Origin: Dipteris shenzhenensis
Lineage: Eukaryota
Strand: one strand, 5' to 3'
Assembly (NCBI GenBank): GCA_047967505.1
Contig: CM106538.1
Length of the DNA: 64,000 nt
The stretch's first letter is position 1, and the number at the start of each line of letters is the position of its first letter. Both the position numbers and the translations under genes were made by a program. This document shows positions 13,401-24,671 of the stretch, piece by piece. Under the pieces are notes generated by a model. That model did not search any database. It was given only the letters and a program-made list of their open reading frames with translations, and had not been told where the DNA came from.

Positions 13401-16400
13401 ACAACACTAGGGTAAAGACCTTGGGAGTTGTGAAGAATCTAGAAGTAGATGTATGTGGAATTTCTGTGTCGATCGACTACTTTTCAAGTGATCCCTACCA
13501 AGCCCGATGCATGTTCCTATCTTTTGATTTTGGGAAGGCCTTGGCTATGCAAGGTCAAGGCTATTCAAAAGTGGGATACTGGAGAATTGATTTTATAGGG
13601 AAATGTTGATAAGAAGGTGCACTACAACATCAAAAGTCACAAAAAGAAAGTTGTCAAGTTGGAGTCTTCAACATCAGAGAGTTCGAGAGCTCTGACTTAA
13701 CTGATGAAGAAGAAGAGACAGGGTGTAGCTCCGAGAAGTCCAGCTCAGAGGGTGAGGTGGAAGGAGTGGCCTTTGGTCTTTGTCTTGCAGGATGAGTTAG
13801 GAGGGAACAAGTTGGTGGTACAAGAAGATCTTGTAGAACACTTCATGTGGAGGATGTGGAGCACACTAAATGACACCAATGCAATGAATAGCTACTTGGT
13901 GATTCTCTATTAGGTAGTGAGAAGCTCTAGTACTTGGATATGTTAGATGATTTTCCATATCTCTTTGCAACAAGCTAGCTTATTCACAGGTTCAACCAGT
14001 CTCTCTTGTGGAGCACAAGATTGAGTTGAAGCTAGAAAGCAAGCCAGTTGTGCAATTCTTAAGGTGATTGGGAGTGATCCAAGATGAGGCACTAAAGAAA
14101 GAGGTAACACAACTATTTGAGGCAAGATTCTCATCTTTCTTGTTGATGATTCAGAATGGATATCTCCTGTAGTTGTCACACCAAAGAAAGGAAATAAGTG
14201 ACAGGTATGTGTGGACTCTTTTCTTTGAATGCATGCACTAAGAGGAATCATTTTCCTTTGCCATTCCAAGATGAAATACTAGACCAAGTAGTAGGGCATG
14301 AGATGTATTCTGTATGTGATGGGTATTCTGAGTACTTTCAAATTCGCATTCAGGAGGAAGATCAAAAGAAGACATCATTTGTCACACCTTGGGGAGTTTT
14401 TGCTTATAGAGTCATGCCTTTCAACTTAACCAATGCACCAGCTACATTTCAAAGGTTCATGATTCAAGTCCTTAAGCCTTACTTGGGAAAGTTCATAAGG
14501 GTTTTTTTGGATGATTTTTGCATTTATTCTCAATGCATAGATCACATGGAGAAGTTAAAGATGGCCTTAGCTAGGATTGATGAAGCAAAAGGGTGTCTAA
14601 ATCCTAGCAACTATCATTTGGCTCAAACAAAAGTAGCCTTGTTGGGGCATATTGTGTTTGAAGAAGGCATGCAAATGGATCCTGACAAGGTTTAAGCAAT
14701 CATGGCATTGCCAAGTCCTGAGAGTGTCACTGGTGTTCACAGAATTCTAGGAAAGAGCAAGTATTATCAACATTTTTGTGATGATTTCATAGAGATAGTG
14801 CATCCCATGAATTTCTTTCCAATGGGGTGTGGAGCAACAAAGTCTATTCTAGGAAAGAGCAAGTATTATCAACATTTTTGTTGGCAAGAAAAGGAATTTC
14901 TTTCCAATGGGGTGTGGAGCAACAAAGTCTATTCAGCAACTTAAGGAGGCCATGAGTAAGGGCCCAATATTGAAGCCCCCTAATTGGTCTCAAGACTTTT
15001 ATATAAATCTAAGTGTGTCTTTGCATTCAGCTCATGCTATGTTGCTACAAAAAGGAGAGGTAGGTAGAATGCAACCCATCTATTATGCCAACTGATAGCG
15101 TACAGAGGTGGAAACAAGGTATGAAGAAATGGAGCAGCAAGCTCTCTCTTTGGTGTTTTCAGTTAGAAAGTTTCGCTCCTATTTATTACCTCGACCATTT
15201 TTCTTCCTTACCTCTCAATCTATATTAGCATATCTAGTTTGCAAGCCTAATCCTGGGGGGAGATTTACAAAATGGTTATCAAAGCCTCAAGATTTCTCTT
15301 TCTCTTTTATCACTAAAAATACCACTAGGTCCACTATGGCAGATTTGCTCACAGGGGACGAGAGGATGTAGGAGAAGAAAAGAAATGTAAGGAGAGCATT
15401 AAAGATGAAAGGGATACACCACCAACAGCTTTTGTTTTGTATTTTGATGGGCCTTTTAGTCCTTCATGCCAACAAGGAGCCACGAGGATAGTCTTGATGA
15501 ATTCTGAAGGTCAAGAGGTGTGGGCAAGAGGACAAAAGCTTCCAGGTATCACAACTAATAATGCAGATGAGTATAATGCTTTGATTCTTGGTTTAGAGGG
15601 TTATCTTCAAAGTCAAGTTAAAGAATTGGAAGTAAGAGGACATTCTCAGCTTATTATAAAGAAAATGCAAGGGCATTAAAAGACAAGAAGTCCTCATTTG
15701 AAGGAGCTTAATCAAAAGGCTATGGCATTATGTGGTCATTTTGCAAGTTTGTTCATATAAACAGAAAAGAAAATCAAAGGGCAGATGAGTTAGCTACTCA
15801 AGACATTGTAGTACAAGACAAGGAGGTGGTTTCTTTGGTAGACACTGGATCGCCAGAATTGCAAGATGTTCAACAATATGTGGAAGAAGGCATGTTTCCT
15901 CGAGGGTTAATTCCACAACAGAAGTAGAGATTGGTAAGGAAGGCTTGTCCCTATACTATTGTTGATGACATTCTTTATAAATTGGGAAAAGATAGGGTGC
16001 TCAGTCAGGTGGTCCATCCCATGGAGACTAGAAGAATCCTAGAAATGTATCATGAATGCTCTGGTCATTTTGCTTAAGCAAGCACAACTAGGAGAATTCT
16101 TAATGCAGGTTACTTTTGGCCATGCCTCCATAAGGATGTACATGAATGGTGTTGAAGTTATAAAGTGTGCCAAAAGTTTGGAACCTGATTCGTGGGCCCT
16201 TGAAGCCTATTCAAGCATATGGACCATTTGAGAGGTCGGTGGGACCACTCCGTCGCTCATCTCAGAGCAAACATTATTTATTGGTGGCCACAAATTATGC
16301 AACTCGATGGGCAGAGGCCAAGGCCATAGTCAATAGCAAGGCAAGCACGATTGCAAAATTTCACTTTGATCAAATTTGTTCATGCTTTGGTTGTCCTTTG

Positions 16401-19012
16401 GAAATTCTCACTGATGGAGAAACCTCTTTTAGAAATGAACTAATTGAAGATGTGGTGCATAAGCTAAAGATAAATCATAGCATGTCCACGCCATACTATC
16501 CCCAATGTAATGGCTTGGCTAAGAGAACAAATGGATTGTTGTGCAATTCAATGGCAAAGCTTGTAGACACCAAGAAAAGGCATTGGGATACGCACTTGGC
16601 AGAAGTCTTCTGGGTTTACAGAACCACATACAAGCTAGCTATTGGGTTTACACCATTCCAACTAGTGCATGGAATAGAAGCCATTTTGCCCATTGAATTG
16701 GAGATACATAGTCTTTGCACTATTGTTGCAAGAAAAGGACAGGAGGATGCCTATGCTCAATGCTTGGTACAGCTAGAAGCCTTGGATGAATGCAGATTAT
16801 AGGCCTTATAAATCTTGGAAGCTTCTCAAAAAAGGTGCAAGACCCGTTTTGCCACCAAATTATGCAAGAAGAAAGATATTGCAGAAGGAGATTTGGTCAT
16901 GAGATTTGATAGCTGTTTGGACAAGTTACTAGACAAAAAGTTTATCAGCCAATGGGAGGGACCATATCGAGTCAAGAAGAAGTTCACCAATGGAACCTAT
17001 CAGCTTGAGGATGTTGATGGCATGGTGATACCCGGATGCATCAATGAGTATTGCCTTAAATTCTTCTCTGCTTAACCACCTTGAGGGCCAGCAAAACTCT
17101 CGGCAACTAGAGAGGATCTGCTGGGGGGGAAAGATGTGACGCCAAAATTTGATATTTTTTAATTTAGCATTGGTATTGTTTTTCTCTATGTTTGATAAGA
17201 GTTTGAATTTCAAGTGATAGCCTAGTGGCTCTTACTTATTTCTATTTTCTAAGATATTGTATGGGATTGAGAGGATGAGTGGAATGGATCATTGTAAATA
17301 CCATGTGTATGAATGATGAATACCTTAGTATGGGATGAGAGTTATTTGTGTATGGGATATTATGGGATTTTGTAGAAAAAAGGAAGAGAGTCATATAAAG
17401 AAGTGGGCTCATGTCCATGTGTTCCAATGATATAAGAGAGATCACATGCCAAGCATGTGGAAGGCATATGGAGGAGTGTGGACTAAAGAAGAATCCTTCT
17501 AGAATTCCTATGTGGAATAAGGAGGATGTGGACATATGGAAAAGAGAGGGTCCCTATGGGCTCCATGTGGGGAGACTCTTGAATTTCTCAATATTTTAAG
17601 AGTCTTGAGCATATTTTGATGGGACACATGGCAAGAGTAGCCAAAAAGGACATGGATGGTGACATATGGGCTTATGTGATTGATGGGGAAAGGAATCTAC
17701 AGGCAGCAATTGTAAATGGGTGGAGGGTGACTAAATCTCTATAAAAGGAGCCCTCCTCTCCCTTGCTCAACATCTCTTCCACCATTAGGCCTCATGTTGC
17801 TGTAGCTCTAGTCTCCTCAAATCTCTTCCATGAGCCTTCTCTCCCTCTTGTAGATATTCTCTAATGTAGACTCTTGAGTCGATCTCTCTCTAGTTCATTC
17901 TCTCTCTATGAGTAGTCTTGGAGCTTCCGCTCCCTCTTGTATGTATGAAACCTCTTCTTCTCCCTTGTGGTTGTAGTATTTTGAGTTGCATTGGATGGAC
18001 CCCCACTCTATTGGCAATGAAGATCACTTCGTATTCGCTCTCCTGAGTCTCTCTTCCCTTTTCTTTGTTTCAAAGCCTTAAAAGTTCTTTCTATTCAGCT
18101 GCTCATTGTTGCAAACACATGGTCCATCCATTTCACAAGCCACCAAGGGAGTTACTTACCCTCTTCTAGGTGAAATCTATGAGTGGTGGATCGTTGATGA
18201 AGGTGGAGTCTTGAGGGAGCATCTTGCTCATGCGAAATTAGCATGGGTGGAGGGCAGTTTTTATGACAGTTTGACCCCCTATTAGTGTTTTGCTCATAAC
18301 TTTCTGCTCAGTAGTCCAATTTTGATGAAACTTATATCAACTCTAAGCTCTCTTCAAGACACATGGCTCTATGTGATTAGATAATACTACTGCAAACAGT
18401 TATGAGTCTCTGTGTCTGACAGTCTGTTTTCATGACAATTTTTACCTGCATCTAGTAAACTGCCCAAAACTTTTTGGCCACTTATTTTTTTCTTACGAAA
18501 CATATACAGCATGAAGCCCGCATCTCTATATGTGTTTGAATCTTTAATATCACGTCTTTATTGAAAATTATAGGCCTCTGTGTCTAATACAATTTGTAGA
18601 GTGTTTTAAGCTAATTGTAAAGGTATCTATGAAGGAGGTGCAATGTTTCCCTAGAACCTGCCCATCCGACCCAATCAGCCCCTTGAAACTCCTCGATATA
18701 TATCAGTTCATGTCATGTTGAGCCGCAAGATCTTCTTTCAATAACATATTGCTCTTCTCTTTGGCACAGACCGGCTTGCTGAGATTATGGCCTCTGCTGA
18801 TCCTTTCCTTCTCCCTATGCTTGAGTACAACATCACTTGGGATGTTACCATCTTCATTCTCATCTAAGGGAGGAAAGTATGGTGTGGTATCTTGGCATAA
18901 AAGCTTCTTTTTAATTTCCCTTTCTCAATCATAAATATCTTTGTCACTCAATTCAAAAGCAGTAGGAAGTGAAGAGGTGCGTGAAGTTTATTACCTCCAA
19001 CTTCATGTCACA
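10450..19012 (+). mobile_element. Full-length but decayed Ty3/Gypsy element of non-chromoviral OTA/Tat type, with an additional RNase H
   Basis: 5' LTR 10450-11408 and 3' LTR 17135-19012 (TGTGAC...GTCACA termini), PPT ggggggaaaga at ~17123-17134. It splits host integrase B between ..GDWV and LMFN.. Confidence 0.88.
12140..17075 (+). pseudogene. gag-pol: capsid, CCHC knuckle, protease, RT, RNase H, additional archaeal-type RNase H, integrase; many stops and frameshifts
   Basis: CYECNEKGHYRPDC (~12795); IDGGASINVM protease; CDGYSEYFQI and FLDDF in RT; additional RNase H YFDG...TNNADEYNALILGL...LEVRGHSQLII (15437-15679); integrase STPYYPQCNG and WEGPY. Confidence 0.9.
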
Positions 19013-19016
19013 ATAT

Positions 19017-19254
19017 TGATGTTTAATATAAAATTAGGAAAGTTTCTCGATAAATTAAAGTTGAGATATGATGGTTCATTCAAAATTGTGAAGGAACTAG
19101 GCCAAGGCACATTCCGACTAGCTGACGTGCATGTTTATATATCAATGAAAGCAATCAATGGGTTCTGATTGAAGCAGTCATCTTTATATATCGATGAAAG
19201 CAGTCAATGGGTTCTGAGACTGAAGCCATTTGTCATATTGAAGAAAAATTATAA
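19017..19254 (+). pseudogene. Gypsy integrase C-terminus, GPY/F region (host element B, part 2)
   Basis: LMFNIKLGKFLDKLKLRYDGSFKIVKELGQGTFRLAD...INGF*LK; continues the remnant that ends at 10449. Confidence 0.7.
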
Positions 19255-19256
19255 TA

Positions 19257-19283
19257 CGGGAGAATTGGGGTCTCCAAAGGGCC
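19257..19283 (+). repeat. Left terminal inverted repeat
   Basis: Matches the reverse complement of 28128-28154 with 2 mismatches. Confidence 0.88.
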
Positions 19284-20027
19284 CCCAATTAGTGTTTCCT
19301 AATTTCAATGGATAAGTGAGGTATTTGAGGTGTACCAATGGGAGTGCTCCTGCAAGTGGAGGGTGGATAGACCTGCAAATAGCCCCTATTGGCTACTCCT
19401 CTTACACTGGGGACCACTCAAACCATCCCCCCCCCCACTCAACCCATGCTTGACACTTTTCCCATATGCACCTCTCCCAAACAACCCTGTAAGTCATTCA
19501 ACATGCGGTGGGCCCTTCTGGGTGAATTTTTTCCCCTCTTAGCTTGTTACAAGCCTGGCCCCTCCTCTTCTCTGGTCCAGCTTCATTCTCCCTCCATTTT
19601 TCAAACATGGGAACTCACTTGGCAGCTTCTCTGCCCCCTCCTGCTCTGGTCCACTATCTTTCTCCCTCTCCAACACCTCCTATAGCAGCTGCTCATTCTC
19701 TCTCCATTCCTAGCTACATCACCTGCTACAGCAATAGCCCCTCTGCTTTTTCTCCCTCCAATCCTAGCTATAGTACCTCCTATAGTGGCTGCTCATCCCC
19801 CTCTGCTCTTTCTCCGTCCATTCCTGGCTACAACACCTCCTTGAGTAGCTGCTCCCCCTCTGCTCTTTCTCCCTCCATTCTAGCTATAGCACCACCTCTT
19901 AGAGCTTCTCTCAAACTTCAGTTGCACCCTCTATACCTTCTCCCTCTCTCTCCCTCTATCAGAGCTGCTCTCTCCCTTCAAGCTACAATTTCTAGTCCAC
20001 TATTGCTGTTGTGACCTCTATACAAGC

Positions 20028-21141
20028 ATGGTGAGGAGACCATACATGTATTATGTGTCCCATAGGAGCAAAAATGCACTGGGTGAATGGGTGCCTTGCA
20101 CCTATAGCTTGAATGATTGGATAGTCATGAGAGGATCGATCAAGGGTCCACACAAGCTTCCCAAGCGCAAAAGAGGTGATCTTTTGCATGAATGGAAGGG
20201 CTGCATCATGAAGTTCAAGCTTGGGAAGAAAGGATGGCTTGCAAAGGTGCAACACATCTACACGCGGAATGACATGCGCATTCCTCAGTCAAGCAATCAA
20301 TCAACAATACCATCACATTGTAATTATGCATTTTGTGTAAGATTTCGAAGTGTAATGAGTCAGTTTGAAATTATATTTTGAAATAGCACCAGTGTAATGA
20401 GTCAATTTGAAATTGTATTTTGAAATAGCACTTGTATATAGAAAATGTATTTCCTTCAGACTTTGAGGAGTGGTAACCAGTCGAGTGCTTCTTAGGTAAG
20501 TTTACTGCCATTCATGAGGATTTAGGAAGGCAAATGCTAGAGAGAAGTCCTCTGCTTTGAAACAGAGAAATATATATTGGTATAATGCCAAGTACATTAC
20601 TCCAAGGATGGCATCAGGCTATGGCCATCTTCAATGCATTGCAACACCACAACTTGAAGACATGGATTGCAGCATGGTGGACACAAGAACAGTGCAATCA
20701 TACAAGGAAAAGATTGCAAAGGACGTGGACATGGCCATGAAGTTTACATTTGGCTCTAAATGGGTAAGGTTGTCTTGGTTTATGCCTCTGCACATTTTTG
20801 CTTCTTGTTTTCAGAATATCCAAATGCACAGAACAAAAACCATGTGGTCATGCAAGTGCCTACATGAGAATGCCCTTGAGGAATTACTTGGGGTGAATTG
20901 GGAAAGCAGGTCAGGTGAACAAAAGGGTGATCTATTTCAATGCCATGTATGTAAGGACAATGTGGTTCTCAAGTACCACATCTCCCGCCAAATGTTATAT
21001 TTTGCTTTCCAATATAGGCGCTGGAAGAAAACATGTGGCAATTGGCTCCCTCTTAACTCTAACAATGATGATAATATAGAGGTAAATTTATGTATTGGTT
21101 CTCATTTAGGAGATGTCAAGAATGTGACTATCACATCATAG
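20028..21141 (+). pseudogene. BAH (bromo-adjacent homology) domain protein with an uncharacterised C-terminal domain; disrupted
   Basis: TYSLNDWIVM...EWKGCIMKF...LAKVQHIYTRND...NY[~120 bp interruption]VFPSDFEEW*PVECFLGKFTAIH...NIYWYNAKY follows the BAH pattern (Y.vgD.v.v; yvarI; vrvqwfyrp; Elflsd..d.vp...i.gkc.V; ffc...Y). One stop and one frameshift near 20475-20555. Confidence 0.65.
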
Positions 21142-21209
21142 GTTATAAAGTTACTTTAGTTTCAAAGTTTCACTATCATAGCCATAGTTCTCCTAGCTAC
21201 CAAACTACC

Positions 21210-22719
21210 ATGGATTCTACTAGATCTGCTGCGTTCCACAATTTCATCTCCCGTACTCCATTAGTTGATAGAGAGGAGGAGTTATTTCCAGTCTTTGATA
21301 AGAGCATAGATGTCCTAGGCACCCACTTGGGAGCCCGAGATGATTTCGAAGACCTCATCAAGTACATGCAAGACCACGTCACGAGTTTTGCATATCAACT
21401 TGATGAGTCTACAAAAAGATGGGTCCTAATTGATTATTTGAAGTACTTGTTCAACTAAGAACCCAGGTTCGAGAACCTAGGTTTGTGAAGCGTTTAGATC
21501 GCTTTCGAGCCTAGCTCTCACACTCCTAGGGTTTAGGGAGGTGGACACTGATGACCTCCTAGCATGCAGAGTCATTGAAAACACAGGAAATAGGTTCCTA
21601 TCCTAGGAAATGACCTTTATTTTCCTTCTCCAGAGGGACAAATGGAAGAGGAGGTCTCGACCTCAAGCCCTGCCCCTGCCCCTGCCCCTGCCCTTTTGGA
21701 TCCTCTTATTTCTGTAGATGAGCCCAACATCTACAATGAAGAGCCCATAGATAAAGAAGCTAAGGAGCAAGAAGATGCATTGGCCTTAGAAGTGCTCCAG
21801 CGACCTCCTGAACCCCATTCTACTTCTCAAATTCCATCCACCTTGGGCACCACCTCTGTTGACTCTGCAATAGTGATATGGTTTCTTGCTCCCCTTCTTG
21901 TCGATGGAGAACAATACCTCTTTCTCCATGACATCGAGGTTATGTTTGGTCTCCGAGAGAATGAAGCTCTTGGTGTCCTGTGTGGATACCAGGTGGACAT
22001 GACTATGCAAGAACCTGGGTTTTTGGGAGCAGATGATTAAATAGAAGAGATTCTTGCTTTAACACTGGCCAAAATCAAAGATGCAGAGACATCAATCTAC
22101 TCCAACCTACCTGATGTTCCAAAAGAAGCCTCCACATCTCACTCTGGATGTAGGAGGCCTTTGGATCCATCCTCATTGACAAAGAGGAAGGGATTGAGCA
22201 TGATGACTCCATAGTGGTAAGAAACTATGAGCTTTGAATTTCTTCTCTCTTGGTATAATTTTGCTGTAACGGAATTCTAATGTAATGTTGGACTATTGCA
22301 GGATGCATTTGAGGTCGACCTATTCTCATCTCAGCAACACCTTGTTCGCAGTAGCTTCGGCCGAGATCACTCACTTGCACATTACCTTGGCCAAGCAAAA
22401 GGGTGCTTTGTGGTTATCCACAAAAAGTGTTCTCCACATGGCACTGATGACCTTCTGAAGTGCAAGGCTTGTCACGAGTGATTGGTCATGATGACATCAA
22501 TCGCAATGCTACAACGTCATTTTGGTGAACTGCATGGCTGCCCTCAATGCTTTTGGAACCAATTTTCAAGGTATGGCATTGACGGTAGCAGCCATGTCCC
22601 TGGCCAGCAATAACGACAATAGCATTGACTCTCTATCAACTAGGTTTAGAGCTAGGATTGTATTTAGGAATTCAAAGCCCGATGTTCTCAGTGCTTTAGA
22701 AAAGAGAGAAAGGCTTTGA
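21210..22719 (+). pseudogene. Spliced gene of unknown function inside the TIR element
   Basis: ATG at 21210; coding-like segments at 21210-21600, 21634-22216 and 22302-22719; GT..AG intron at 22217-22301; AT-rich 3' region after 22720; several stops. Confidence 0.45.
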
Positions 22720-23281
22720 AGCCTTATTGTATATAATTTTTATTTTATATGAATATAGATATACTTTTTATACAGTGTCCCATTTTGTGTTCTTTTACAA
22801 AATTTATTTTATACTGTCATTGTATTTTGTAACTTTAATTATTGCTGGCATTAATATTTTCATTCACTATTCTATTCAAAAGCATGTTACTAGATAAATT
22901 TTTGTGCTATAATGGTCATTTCTGAGCAATCCAGTAAGAATCTCACCGTGGCGCAAAAGGCAAATGGGTTCAACATCATGCGGGGAGCTTAGAAATGTCA
23001 AAACCCGATCAAATAGGCTCCATATATGCCATACTAGGTTTTGACATTTTTGAGCTCCCCACACGATGCCAAACACATTTGCCTTCTGCGCCATGGCAAA
23101 AAAACATCATTTGACCACTCTAATTCACATTGAACTTGCATAAACTAATGGAAAGCATCACGTAACATGTATAATAACATGGGAATAGTAATAGAACATA
23201 AAAATATATTTTACTCATTGGCCTCAAAGGGTAGAGATTTACAAAATGATTCAGGTTACACCAAATGAACTTAAACAACAT

Positions 23282-24375
23282 CTAGGGCCCAAGGGAGGAA
23301 TCGGAGTAGATGCACTTGGCAAGTGCAAGGTCCTTGTCCATCACTATTACTCTTTTGGCATGGATAGCACATAAGTTCTCATCTTCAAAAAGACCTACTG
23401 TCATCTACTCCGTTACCTCTTGAATTGCTCCATAGCACCTGAAGTGAAGCGCACATCATCCTTGTAATGTTGTGCTATTTCACGTACAACATGTTGGAAG
23501 GGTGCATGAGAAATGAGATTGTCCACAATGGTTTGGAACTTGCGGATCTCTTGAAGTGCCTTGACGCTTGATTTTTTGCACCTCTTAATCTTTGGGGGAC
23601 CCTGCACTGGCCTCTGGACATGGCTGCTTGTCTGCTTTGAACTTTTTTTGCCTCTCCTCCCTTGCAACCGCCTCTTCATACTCCTCTTCTTGTGTCTGGT
23701 GGGTCCTTCAAGGTGGCTTGTTGTGCTTAGGGGTCTTCTTTGTCCTTGGTCCCTTTTCCTTTTGATGAGGCTGTGAGATAGTAGGCTAAGGCTCTTGCTC
23801 AGCTTGTACTAGAGGCTCCTCATATATGACAATCTCGAGGCGCAGAGGGTTGATGGTGCTCTTCCATGCAGTCTGCTTGGTTGGAGGATTGGGGCCAATA
23901 TAATCTGTGAGCCTGCCAAATACTTCCTCTTATTGTGGCCCCTTTAATCTCTCCATCTCCTCTCCTTGCCTTTCTTGCTCCCCTTGTTGGTCTAGATGTT
24001 CCATGCTAGGACCCCACGAAGGAGGGAGGGGCAGTTGATCACGATTGATTGGACTATTTTGTCCCTCTTGGGAGACCTCTCTACTTCCACAATTAGTTGT
24101 GTGGAAGGACTAAGAGGACCCCTGATCGTGCTTGGATGCTTCATCGTGCTGAGATTCCTCATGGTGCTGAGATCCCTCGGATCCCCCATGAGAGTCGGAT
24201 GGTGGGGACTTGCGTTGCTCAAACTCCTAATGATGAGAACCAACTTCAGATCCCTATTGATCATTGCCCTCTTGGCCACTGGGGCTTGCACTGTGTTTGG
24301 AGGCCATGGAGTTGTGAGGAGGAGAGTGGGTAAATGGCGTCCAGTGGGTCTAGTAGTTTGTTTAACTCATGCCAT
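23282..24375 (-). pseudogene. Histone H3-like gene with a greatly extended N-terminal tail (stops and frameshifts)
   Basis: Starts MA*VKQTTRPTG (cf. MARTKQTARKSTG). Histone fold reads [10 protein letters not shown]...[66 protein letters not shown] at 23300-23570. Confidence 0.9.
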
Positions 24376-24671
24376 AGAAATGAGGGATTTTAGGGTTTTG
24401 AAGTGCTTTATATAGTCTTTTTTAAAGCACTTTAGGGTTTTTCTTTTAAATTAGGGTTTTTTGAGTGCACCCCCTCCCCCCAGTCTTTTGTCGGCCAGTT
24501 TGGTAATACTTAATCTTCGCCACCCTCCCTCCCAACCCCCTCACCCCTTTGCCCTGCCATGTCGCACATGCAATTCTGCAATTTCCAAGCAAATTTGCGA
24601 ATTTTGGAATCTATAATTGACTCCAAACATTGTTAACTTTATTCATTAAACATTTTACACTTGGGGTACTC

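Noticed and set aside
14745-14940. Repeated peptide ILGKSKYYQHFC as a novel domain
   Set aside because: It is a local DNA duplication within a dead pol; similar small duplications occur at 19138-19220 and 28625-28725.
23282-24375. Host CENH3 or canonical H3 gene
   Set aside because: Canonical loop-1 length and retained Q/F residues argue against CENH3. The long tail, divergence, stops and location inside TIRs argue against a host H3.
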